From NCBI GenBank assembly GCA_044892525.1, contig CM097885.1, positions 3,040,001 to 3,104,000 on the forward strand: a DNA stretch of 64,000 nucleotides. The letters run 5' to 3'. The stretch is from Schmidtea polychroa. Taxonomy: Eukaryota. Below, piece by piece: positions 1-12,600 of the stretch; position 1 is the first letter of the stretch, and the number at the start of each line of letters is the position of its first letter. The position numbers were made by a program, and so were the translations under genes. The notes beneath the pieces were generated by a model that saw only the letters and a program-made list of their open reading frames with translations, was not told the origin of the DNA and did not search any database.

Positions 1-478
1 TTTTTCTAAAAGGTTTCAAATTGTAAATAGAAAAAACAATAATCAAAATATACCATTTACAGATAAAAATGACATTCTCAAATATTACTAAATAAATGAT
101 TAAAATGTTCTTTTATATATACTTATTTTGATACGCACCGTCAACCAATTAGATTCATACCTGGATGACGTAATCATATTGTAACTTTAGTTTAAGAAAA
201 CTTTAAAAATTCCATGTCATCAATTACTGATTTAATATCTTAAATAATTTTATAAACTAGTAAATGATAATGCAATGTTTTTATACCGAGTATAACTACT
301 TTACCACTATTGAATATATTAACACACATTAGGTTGTATTTTATACATCAGTAGGGTAATGTGTGGACCCGGGAACAAAAAACTATTACATAATCGACGA
401 CGCCACAAATGAAATTACATCATACCCCATACCCCCGAGGAGGGTGTATTTTTTAAATTTTTTTTTTAATTAAAAAAT

Positions 479-969
479 TTATGTAATTTTCCAAATTGGA
501 GAATACACATCATTATTATCAACTTTATATCGTTGGATTGCAATTGTTATATACCAATTTTCGTTTTCTTTGAAGCTAATTTCATCAAAGGAATCATAAA
601 ATCTTGCATATCGGTTGTTGAAAAATGCATGTTGATTACATGATATATTCGTATAATAAAAAAAATTGCAATTATCATTCGGTTTTATTTGAATAGTGAA
701 TGGGAAATGGCTCTCATTTGAATACTGCATTGTGAGGTTCTTCACTTCCCATACGAAATCATTAAACAGATCAATTTATATTTGAAAACCTTGTCAATAG
801 ATTTAATATTTATCATTGAAAGTGTGCCGGATAAGAATTGAAATTGAGTAAGAATAATATTGATTTCTTCTTTTAAAATATACATTTTGTGGTTGTGAAA
901 TATTTTAACAGGTTGTACAAGTTCTGGAACAACTTTTGGTTTTTCAGTGCTTGAAAGTTTCTTTGTCAT
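479..969 (-). CDS. Two overlapping short orphan ORFs (742-969, 479-745), possibly one frameshifted gene
   Basis: Non-repetitive ORFs preceded on the minus strand by TGATTGG...TATAAAA...ATG. No recognisable homology. Confidence 0.3.
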
Positions 970-1119
970 CGTGAATTATGATTAAAATGAAATGGTACAG
1001 GGTTTTTATACCTTTGACTATTGTTTATTATCCAATCAGACTGCAGAATGTCTTTTTTTAATTCAAATTGCATTGATATTGCACTGATATTGCATTGTCA
1101 CATGTTTTATATTATTAAA

Positions 1120-1194
<75 letters not shown>

Positions 1195-1301
1195 GATATT
1201 ATTATTATTAAAATTATTATTATTGTTAAAATAATTATTAATGTTATTTTTGTGTCATCTATGTATAAAAAAGAACGCTGAATATATAAAGATTTATTAA
1301 A

Positions 1302-1595
1302 TCAACCAAGGTCAACAATTCTACTAAAGAAATAGGTTCTAAGAGCCTTCAATACAGCCCATTTCACACACCGATGATATCTATCGATGCAGTACGGACA
1401 TATTTTGTTGCAGAGTGCTTCGGTGTCTATTTCATACTGCATTGTGTTTTTCTTCACGTCCCATACAAACTCATTTAACAGATCGAAAATCCTGATCCTG
1501 ATTGCATTATATACTAGGTCAGGAATCTTCTCGACAGATTGATCTTTTAAAATCACTTGCAGCTGTGGATAATAGAATGTTAACCTTTTAATCAT
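1302..1595 (-). CDS. Orphan 97-aa ORF with Cys cluster (CNKICPYC...HRC)
   Basis: Protein-like composition with upstream ATTGG boxes at 1768-1790. No recognisable family. Confidence 0.3.
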   Translation of the reverse strand: MIKRLTFYYPQLQVILKDQSVEKIPDLVYNAIRIRIFDLLNEFVWDVKKNTMQYEIDTEALCNKICPYCIDRYHRCVKWAVLKALRTYFFSRIVDLG

Positions 1596-1835
1596 TACTA
1601 CAGACTACTTATCTGAAAATAAATAGTTGTAAAAATGTGTTTAATAAATTAACATATTTACCATGATGATCAATCTCAGTCATTGACTTTGCAGCGCTTG
1701 GAATATTGTACATTTTTAAAAAACTGATAATAAATGAAGAAACATCATGTTTTAAACAATCAACAGCCAATTAGATATCGACCAATTAGAATGATGCATT
1801 TCAATTGCACTGAATTTTCAATGATAAATAATTAA

Positions 1836-3521
1836 TTAAGTGATAATAAAAAAATCTAAAAATTCCATTCCTTTAATTATTGATTTAATTTCAGATATGA
1901 ATTTATCAACTATATATTTGTAATCAATACTTTTTACTCCAAGAATTACTATCTTACCACTACCGAATATATTAACACACATAGGGTTATATTTTATATA
2001 TCTCAAAGCTAGAAATAATTCTGGTTCGTAAAAGCATGGTACAGTAAACCCTTCAACTGCGCGGTAGATACGTTCCACAAAAACAACGCGCAAACCGAAA
2101 CCGCGCACTGTGAACCCGATTTTATATGTCATTATGGGGTTAGGTTCCAGATATTACAAAAATATTAAAAAATATAATAAAAAGTCTTTATTCAACGACT
2201 AATATACATATTTACATTTATATAAACATAAAAACTAATAAAAACAGTCTCAATTCATTGCTTTTACATAATTAATATTACTATTATAAAAATTAATAAA
2301 AATTTAACATAAATAAAAATTATAAAAAACAATACAAGAACTAAAAAACAGTCTCAATTCAACGACTAAACATAAATAAAAATTAACATAAGTAACGTTA
2401 TATTAATCACTGCTACATGCTGATGAGCTTGATTCTATTGGCTGTGATTGTATAATTTTTTGAAAAAAGCTTGTTAACATTGATTGCTTACCAGCTTTTT
2501 GTTTTTCTTTATAAATTTCAGCATATGGTGCTAAAGCTGCTGTCAGATTTCTCCGAAATTTTAAGGCACGCTCCATATGAGGGTCTATATTAAGAGCTTG
2601 CTGTTCAAGTTGACTACCAAGTTTTAAAAAACTTGATAGTTTTTCGGTAGTAAACTTTTTCTCTTCAGTAATCTGTACATCTTCTTCACTTTCATCATTT
2701 TCATCATTATTACCGCCGAACTGTGTCAAAATATCGTCAACAGTATTATTTTCTTCATTTGACACAAGGACTTCCGTGATATCTAATAATTTTTTATTAC
2801 GGTTATATCTAATGCACACGAATAAGATTTTTTTGAATTAAATACTAATATATTTTTAATTAAATAAACACTTGTATAAATATCTATTAATTAAAACTAT
2901 GTAATTTTACATCCTAATCCTAACCACATCACTAGAAAAATGAAACTGCCTTTATTATTTTTATATAAAAAATACAGTGCATCGAAATACGATGAATCAC
3001 TATTTTCACTACCATATGTATTCGTAGTTTTACGGGATTCACCATAAAAAATTAAATTGACATGATTTTTCTTGTTAAAATAGACAAAAACAAAAAAAAA
3101 CCTCGCAGCTACGAATTTTTAGCGCGCAGATCGAAATTTTGGTATTAAAGGTTTGGCCGCGCAATTGCGAAACCGCGCAATGAAAAACCGCGCAGTTGGA
3201 GGGTTTACTGTATTAATTTAGCCAATTTATTTAAATTAAAAGAAAACCTATATGGGAAGTTACTGTTATCGATTGTATTTCTAAATCATAAACATTATAT
3301 TCACTAGCTTTGATTATTTCCTTACATCCCATAATTCTACATTTACCAGTTTTGAAATATATTATGGGATATTTATTACTTCTATTGATAAGTTGTTGTG
3401 GTTTCCTCAGCGGAAATACCATTTTTGATACATCAGCTTTTGCCCTGTAATTTATATTTGAAAGCTTTTTTAAATGGCAGTGCCTCGAGTTTTTTAAGTT
3501 TTTTAAATAATAATAATGCAA
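1836..3521 (-). pseudogene. TATA-binding protein (TBP)-like gene, intronless, split by a pogo/Tigger insertion and a frameshift
   Basis: ORF 3231-3521 has IIYFKTGKCRIMG and IQSITVT (TBP repeat 1/2 junction). ORF 1836-2132 has YEPELF...VNIFGSGKIVILGVKS (TBP YEPELFPG...IFVSGKVVLTGAK). Removing 2042-3210 plus one TA copy gives NLNKLAKLIPCFYEPELF after a 1-nt frameshift near 3240. Confidence 0.8.
2042..3210 (-). mobile_element. Internally deleted pogo/Tigger-like DNA transposon
   Basis: TIRs CAGTAAACCCTTCAACTGCGCGG / CCGCGCAGTTGGAGGGTTTACTG, with TA on both sides (2040-41, 3211-12). ORF 2403-2819 resembles a pogo transposase C-terminus (acidic tract, KQSMLTSFF). Confidence 0.85.
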
Positions 3522-3699
3522 AATTTATATGAAAAGATTTATTTTTAAATAATAATAAAAATTTATATGAAAAGAGTAGATGGATTGGGCACCGCTGGCA
3601 CAGGGCACCGCTAGCACAGTACCCCCCCTCCCCCCGTCGAAAAGATTTTCAAAAATATTCTAAGTCTAAAAGTACATTTTTTTTCAAGGTCAAATTTAA

Positions 3700-4070
3700 A
3701 CAAAGACATATGACTCATCAAGGTCATTGAAACAAAGACCATGACTCATATCATGACTCATCAAATTTTTCAAGGCCATTTAAACAAAGACCATGACTCA
3801 TCATATGACTCATCAAGGTCATTTTCAAGGTCATATGACTCATACTATGACTCATCAAGGTCATTTAAGAAAAGAACATGACTCATCAAGGTCATTTTCA
3901 AGTTCATATGACTCATCCGATGACTCATCAAAATTTTCAAGGTCATTTTCAAGGTCATCTGGATCATCCCATGACTCATCAAGGTCATTTTCAAGGTCAC
4001 ATGGCTCATCCAAGGTCATTCCCAAGGTCATATGAGTCATCGCGATGACTCATCAAGGTCATATTATTAT
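3700..4070 (+). repeat. Subterminal array of TGACTCA(TC)/TCAAGGTCA units, left arm
   Basis: Many ATGACTCATCAAGGTCA variants; mirrored at 35610-36105. Confidence 0.9.
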
Positions 4071-4217
4071 TTTTAAAAAATATTATTATTTTTATTATTA
4101 TTTTTAAAAATATTATTATTTTATTTTTAATTTTTTCAAAGTTCCCGCCAACGAAAATTAATAATCGATAGCTCATTTTAAAGCTCAATCCAAGACCTTT
4201 CGAATGAGCCATATATA

Positions 4218-4484
<267 letters not shown>

Positions 4485-4629
4485 CTATATACACCGAGTC
4501 TATATACTCTGAGTCTATCCGACAAAATATTTTGTCCCCCTATGGGTAATGCTCACAAGGGTACTGCTCACGCTCAATAACTCGCATTCGATTATTTTAT
4601 TTTTTCAAATTGATATTATTTTTTTTTTT

Positions 4630-5345
4630 CAAGGTCATATTATTATTTTTCAAAATATTATTATTTTCAAGGTCATATTATTATTTTTCAAAATATTATT
4701 ATTTTCAAGGTCATATTATTATTTTTCAAAATATTATTATTTTCAAGGTCATATTATTATTTTTCAAAATATTATTATTTTCAAGGTCATATTATTATTT
4801 TTCAAAATATTATTATTTTCAAGGTCATATTATTATTTTTCAAAATATTATTATTTTCAAGGTCATATTATTATTTTTCAAAATATTATTATTTTCAAGG
4901 TCATATTATTATTTTTCAAAATATTATTATTTTCAAGGTCATATTATTATTTTTTCAAAATATTATTATTTTCAAGGTCATATTATTATTTTTCAAAATA
5001 TTATTATTTTCAAGGTCATATTATTATTTTTCAAAATATTATTATTTTCAAGGTCATATTATTATTTTTCAAAATATTATTATTTTCAAGGTCATATTAT
5101 TATTTTTCAAAATATTATTATTTTCAAGGTCATATTATTATTTTTCAAAATATTATTAATTTCAAGGTCATATTATTATTTTTCAAAATATTATTAATTT
5201 CAAGGTCATATTATTATTTTTCAAAATATTAATAATTTCAAGGTCATATTATTATTTTTCAAAATATTATTAATTTCAAGGTCATATTATTATTTTTCAA
5301 AATATTATTAATTTCAAGGTCATATTATTATTTTCAAGGTCATAT
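4630..5345 (+). repeat. 38-bp minisatellite (AAGGTCATATTATTATTTTTCAAAATATTATTATTTTC), ~19 copies
   Basis: Direct reading; produces 38-aa periodic spurious ORFs. Confidence 0.95.
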
Positions 5346-5444
5346 TATTTTTGTTTTAATTATCGATTATTTAATAATTTAATTTTGTTTAAATCGTTGA
5401 TTATACAATAATATTTTTATTTTTTCTTTTAATTGTCAATTATG

Positions 5445-6521
5445 TGTTAAGGATAGGCCTGGGGCCTGGAGTGTAAAATAAATAAAGAATTACTATATTT
5501 AGAAACAGTATTAATAAAAAATTACTGAAAATAAAAGATAGGTTTTATTAATTACTATTAATAGATTTAGGTAATATATAGGAATATTTGATAATACTAT
5601 TACTATATATAGTAATTATAAAATTACTATTAATATAATAAATAATTATAATGTGATATAAATACTGGTTCAAACGAGAATCAAGGGACGATAAAAACAT
5701 AGACAATAAAATTGACGATAATTTGCGGACGGGAAAACTGACAAGAAAGTTCGAAAAGGAATTGAAACAATAATTTAGAAAATTATTATCATTTTGAAAA
5801 CGAAAACGTGATTAAAGAATCACTGTGTCAATTATTAAGTTTAGAAGTTCAACATTTGTCTACAACAATAAAACGTGATTAAAGAATCACGGTGTTCATC
5901 AATCAACCAGACGATAACTCAACTCAAATTTCAGATCGTTTTACAAATTAGAAAGTGACTATAAATTGTCAAACGGAACAAACTAGAATCAGAGAGAATA
6001 ATTTTGGAGAGAAAATTGGAACAGATTCGTGAAACAATAGAAAGGAGCTATTAATCTAGAAGGTAAAAGAAGTTCTGTACTTGAGTTGTGTAAGGATAAA
6101 TTATTATCCTTGTGAAGTGAGATAATTAAAATAAAGCGAACACAAAGCACAGACAGCGGCTTTCGTGTTACCTGGTAGCCCCAAAATCAGCCCTCTTACT
6201 TTACCGTCATCTTTTCAATTTATTTAGCGATCGTTGTGCTACACAGGAGCCATCGATTTCTTGCAGGCTGTGGTAAACAGTAAGGATTAATAAATCCGTT
6301 TTCTTGTATTCTTTGCACATATATTATAAATATCTGTTGTAAATTATTAAATACATTTTTATAAAAGAGAAAGGCGTTTGTTGTTAATTCAGTGATTTAA
6401 AAACTCATATACGCAACCACATTAAATAACTTATTTATATTTATTTTTATTTATTTATCTTAATTAAGTTATTGGAGTCATTTGTGTTAAGATCTGTAGT
6501 CCCCGTTTTTCGATCTTAACA
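5445..6521 (+). repeat. 5' LTR (1077 bp)
   Basis: TG...CA with 7-bp inverted ends TGTTAAG/CTTAACA; matches 19669-20745. Confidence 0.97.
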
Positions 6522-6524
6522 TTT

Positions 6525-6542
6525 TGGTGAGCCCGACGTGAT
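6525..6542 (+). promoter_or_regulatory. Primer-binding site, tRNA-Trp
   Basis: TGGTGAGCCCGACGTGAT, 3 nt after the LTR; 17/18 match to the canonical tRNA-Trp PBS TGGTGACCCCGACGTGAT. Confidence 0.85.
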
Positions 6543-6659
6543 AGCAATTTTCGGGGGAATAAGAATTTTATTTATAAAAGGCAAACATCTTTTTGAATCA
6601 TTGAGTTAAGAAATAGAAGGGTAATAAATTTAAGACCAGGTAATAGAAACCAGCAAATA

Positions 6660-9600
6660 ATGGCAGAGATAAATAATTTACAAAATCTAAATGAGAATAA
6701 TTTACAAAATAATAATGTGCCAGTAGCTCAACCACCAGCGGTAGATTTTATGAGATACCCAACAATTCCGATTAAACCATTTAGTGGAAACCCAGGGGAG
6801 TTTCCAGAATTTATGTCCGAATATTTTCAGTTAGCCAGAGCATTAGGATTCCCGGAACCGGTAATGATTTTGAGATTACCTTTATATTTAAAAGGGATGG
6901 CACGGGAAATATATAACGATGTTATAATAGCCGAGCATCCAGTTGAATGGAATGTATTACGATTAGCATTACAAAATAGAATATTACCGGGGGATGCAAC
7001 TAGAGTGCTGAGACAACAGTTTTATAACAGGCGACAAAATTCGGGTGAGCATGTTGGGGAATTTTCATATCAAATAATGATGTTGGCAGAGAGAGCATTT
7101 GGTAATAGGGCAGCCTGGAATGATGCAACTAGAGCATTAGTAAAAGATCAGTTTTGGTCTGGGTTATCGTCAGCAATGAGAAATGCACTAAGTTTACACA
7201 TAGGAGATAATTTAGAGGAATTAACTCGTAAAGCGTGTTTAATTGAGAGTAGCATTGAGAAGTCAAACAATTTTGCAATTAGTAGCAACAAGTCAGACAT
7301 TGAGTGTTTTAATTGTCATAAAAAGGGACATATGTCAAAAGATTGTAAAAGTAGGAATAATTCTCCGGGGGACAAATTGTGTACCAAGTGTGGGAGAAAT
7401 AATCATGTGGCATCAAACTGTAGAATTTCGGACCTAAATTGTGAGAAATGCAAGCGCAAGGGACATGTAGCGTCAGTTTGTAAAGCTAGTTTTGGGGGAA
7501 ATAATTCAAATAATAATAATAATAGAAATAGAAGCCCCGATAGGAATTTTCGTGGTAATAATAATAATAATAATAACTTTCAGAGTAGAAATAATAATTT
7601 TAATAATAATATTAAAAGGGATGAAGTAAATTCGGGGGGTAAAATTAAATGTCATAAGTGTGGGAAATTTGGTCATATTATGCGTTCATGTCCACAAAAT
7701 CAGTTATCTAATAACAATGGTAGTGGCAACAATGGTAATAATCGATCAAAACAGACAACGTTTGCAGTAAATTCAGACCACAAATTAACGTATTTGCAGC
7801 AGCTTGAATTAGAAATTCAAGAAGAAAGAAACAGGTTAGCAAGGCTAACAACAAATGAAACTGATGGGTACGATGAAAATGAAGGTGTTTATATGACGTC
7901 AGCCAGAAAAAGGCGAAATAAAAATAATTATGTAGAACTTGAAGTGTTGATGCTTCAAGAGAGTCCAAGGGAGGACAAAGAGGAAAAGACTATGGTCATG
8001 GAACCAGAGGTCTGTGAGGGTTTACAGGTTTCACCCAGGAAAAATCTAGTGGCTGTGGCCATGGAGCCAGAAGCCAACAGAGAAATAGAAGGTTTACCGG
8101 TTTCACCAGTCAAAAATCGTAAGGCTATGGACATGGATCCAGTAGTTAATGAAATTGTTCCAACAGAAGTTTTGGAAAAAAGATGGGCTTCGGTCATTGA
8201 GCCGGAAGTTCTTATAGCCACATCATCCATGCGAGGTGAGTGTGGTAGCGAACCAATAAAGGTTAGAGAAGCATCGAAAGAGGAAAGAAATCCCATCGAT
8301 GACTGTAGAAAAATACTATTACGCAAGAGCGTATGGCAAAGAGAAATGAGACAGAAATTAGAAAATATTCGTTTAAACCCTGTTAATGAGAATGAGGTTG
8401 ACAAAGTAATGGATATCATATCAGAGTTAGACAGAAATGAGGAATATTATCCAGAATTGAGAGAAATTCTGAGAAATATTGGCCTAAATTGGAAACAAAG
8501 AGAGAATCTGGAGGATTCTACAATTTTTGTATCTTTCCCAAAAGGTTGTTTTCGTAGATATACAATTAACCCAAGTGAAAAGGTAGAAGCATTGGCAAAG
8601 AGAGTTTCTGTGGTAAAACCTCAACAGAGATGCAAACTATATTTACTGGGAGAAAGATTATTAGAGGGAGAAACCTTGTTAGATTGTGGTATACTACCGG
8701 GGAAAAATATGGTTATAAAAGCAAAGTTTCACAAGGAAACTGTTACAGTAGTGGACTTGGATAATGTCCTTACTATAAGCGAGATTGAAATTGATCAATT
8801 AAATCAAATATCAGCCGTACCACATAGATTGGGAATTGAACTGATGAAAAACCCAAGAGATGGGGAAGCCATTAAGATGATAATGGATTGGATACTGGAG
8901 TTGCGAATCCCAGTAGATACTCTTAGAGAGATAATGCCATTGGTGGTGCCTTTAGTAAAAGAGACATCACAATTCCAGACACAAGCAAAGATGCTGTTGA
9001 TTAAAAATGGACATGCTATTAGACATTTGGAAGGTAGACAAGGTCCAGTGATGTTAGATATCAGGATACCCAGGAGAGGACACCTGATACAACAATTCTC
9101 ATGTTATCATAGGGTAAAGAAACTGAGAAAAAGGATATCAGAAATATTAAAAGAGTCATTCCTCATAATGATACATGGTTGTCAGGTGGATGACGACGAA
9201 TTTCTAGTAGATGTTGGATGTTTTCCCAATGAGGAAACAGTTGTATTAATATTACTGGTAGAGTTTCCAGAGGATGAATGGGCAACTTTGAGATTGCCAG
9301 ATAATGCAGAAATGGAGGATGAAACAGTACATCCTGAGCAAAAACAAGTAGACGGGAATACTCATCAGGAACCCGTAACCACAGTAGATTTAGATGAAGA
9401 GATAGATAAATATCTCAAGGAACTTGATAACACTGAAGACGAGTTGGTCGAAATATTTCCTACAGAGGAAGATAATGAAGTACAATTAAATCGAGATGAA
9501 ACAAACAACGGAGCTAGTACATCGCGACAAGTCGAGCCACCAAGAGAAAGAGTGAGCCCGAAATTAGTCGAGAATAAAAAGAAAAGGGAGAGAAGGGGTA

Positions 9601-12600
9601 GACCGAGGAAAAGTCAAATGAACCCACCTCCAAGAGAACTTCTAAAACCAGTTACAATACAAAATGTAACTAAGCAGGCTCTAGCAGGGATAGCTAGCCA
9701 AATCGATAAAAGCGTTGGAGACGCTAGTGACAAAACGGAAACATGGAAAAGACTGAATCAAATCTTACGACTGATTAAGCCCGATTGGCAAATCAAGAAG
9801 GATAAAAGTGTTAATGTTGACAAAATTGCAGAAAAAGTCAAGAAAGCTATGGAAAAGATTCCAGGAAGCACTACGGAACAGGAGATGTTCGAAATAGCAG
9901 GGCAATTCATAGATGAAGGCCTGACGAAAGGGAAAATGATAACGATTCTAGCCTTAATGTTTAAAAATGCATTGAGCATAATTAAAGATGATTCGTCGAA
10001 AATTCCAGCAGCCATAGACAAGCTGACTGATATCATCGAAGTGAATTTCAGAACATGGATGACTGAGCACAAGTTTTGGGATATAAAAGAAACGAAAGGA
10101 AAATATGAATTAAATGAAGAATTGTTGACAGAAAATATTTCAAGTAGTCCACGGGGAACAGGTGGATTTACTAGTTGGATGATGATGTTGTTGGTAATGA
10201 TGGGAATACTGCGACAGACAAATTCCCTAACGGCATATGATTGTAGTGAACCAATACTATCGCGAATCTACTCATTAGTTGACACAGTGGAATGCAAGGA
10301 AGCATATCCAGATAAAGTTGCAAAAAGGGAAGACGTAGAATATCATGTTTATCAGCAAACAGAGTTTTACAGAACCAGAGTGAGGGAATGTCGAATACAG
10401 AGAGCGACTTTCGAATATTACTGTGGATCGAATAGTTATTCAGCATTTTTAGGAGCTAAACTCATTCCTATACCGTTAATCATCCCACCAGAGGATTGTG
10501 TAAATGCTTTCCGGTCAAAAACAGTCAAAATAGATCAGGAGGTAACAATTACCGCGGAAGAGGGGAAAAAGTTGGGTATAACTATTACCCGGGGTGGACC
10601 GATAGCAGAAGATGGTTCTTGTCATGGTAGAAAGAAAGTTAGAGGTTCTAATGTAGTAAGCTATGTGGTAACAGTTGAGGACTACACAGTAGAGCTGATA
10701 GAGTACGAAGGAACTTTCGAAGTATCCACGGGAAAAATGATGTCTCATCCAGAATGCAACGTGAAATATGGTTATTGTAAAACCAGTTTAGCAGTATTAA
10801 CGTACCAATCAATGAGAGATTTTTGTGATTTAGGATACCTGAAAAAGGTAGTATTTTCAAGGCTAGATGGGAAGAGTTTTGCGTCTCAGGATTCACAACA
10901 AAGTGGTTGGGGAGACAAGATAACTCACAAAACGAAAAAGGAAGTAGTACCGGAGAAAAGCACAGCAGTAGTATTAGTCTCCAAGGACCCAACAGATGCA
11001 ATTCGTTTAGTCAGAAAGAAACAGACAACGAAATGTGGTGTACCAATATTTGAAACCAACTACAAGGGAATATACTTAGCATACAAATATGTTCCAGCAG
11101 CAGAATCATTACATTTATCAGATATTAAAATAGCCAAGTATATCAATAATAAGATTGATTTCTTGTATCATGATCTGCAGAAACAATTATTAGATGTCTA
11201 TCAGGAAGTGATCCTGAACGACTGTCGTTTGAATCGGGAAATAATACGGAATAGATTAGCAATATCTATAGCTAATCCGGATCTAATAATGCCAATGTTG
11301 ACAGAGGAAGGAACATTCGGCAGAATTTTGGGCGAAGCAATTTATAGCTATCAGTGCAAAGCAATAGAGGTGGAAATTACCAAATATGATCGATGTACAT
11401 TGGAGTTACCAGTGAAATATAAAGGAAAATTGAGATTCCTGATGCCAGTATCACACCAGCTATTAAAGGAGGATACCTCACCATTAACAGCAATTTGCAA
11501 TCCAGCAATGTCACCATTATACAAAATTAACAATATTTGGATTTCGTTGCCAGATAGAAAACCGCCTTCAAAACCAGTTGAAGTGCTTCAAGCGACAAAG
11601 TTAGAAACTAAAATGGAGTTTCAACCATTAAACGAGATGTCAAAAGGAGGAGTATATACTCCGGAAGATATTGAAGAAGCTCGGAGAGCAATCGTATTTC
11701 CCCAAATCAGAGATAGGGGAGTGACGGAAATAATAACAAGAATCTATCAATCATATGATGGAAAACCGGACTATAACTTATTATTTGGACCAGAACATTA
11801 TAAACAAGCTGCATCCAATGTAATACGGAAAATCTGGGGTAGATTTACAAGCTTTGGCATTTTTGTAGCAGGATGTTCAGGTATATATGCAATAGTGATG
11901 ATATTGAAAATAATCATATCGCAATTATTTTCTACCTATAGTATCTTCAAGATCGGGGGATGGTCTTGGAAGTTGCTACTAGGAATGTGTCCAGTTTGTG
12001 CAGATTTTGCAGTATTTCATCATCATAATAAAGAGATTAAAAGAATGAAGAGACAAACTATAAAGAAGCATGAGTTAATAATGTATGAACCTAGTCATCG
12101 AGACGATGACAATTCTGACGAGGGAGGTAACCTAGAGGGCTATGAGACCTCAGACAACACCTCAATAAAACCAGACAACAAAAAACCGAAATTTCAAAAT
12201 TTTGAAAACAGTACTTTACAACAGTACCCTGTTAAAGCAAAAAGGAGGAAACGGCAGGAGTGGCCCGTAAATTACTTGTCTCCATACGAGGGTAGAAAAA
12301 AGATAATACCAGAACGAGTTGAAGAAGAAATGTTAAAGAGGCTCGAGTTTAGAACGAATACAGATATATCACCATCTACCTCATACCCAACGTATAAAAT
12401 GAAGTTCGAGACAATGCCACCCTTGGGTACATCAGTATTTGAGATGGTACCGAAATATCCATTTAGCACGTTGGAACGGCTAAAGGAAGAGTATAAAGAT
12501 GAAATAAAATCAGAAAATGACAAAGATAGTGATGATCAACAAAAGTTCAGAGACAATATTCGAGGAATCTCAACAATATTAATGGTCAATATGGGTAAAA

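Noticed and set aside
3700..4070. CRISPR-like repeat array
   Set aside because: No unique spacers, no cas genes, eukaryotic context.
4549..5232. 227-aa and 195-aa periodic ORFs
   Set aside because: By-products of a stop-poor 38-bp minisatellite.
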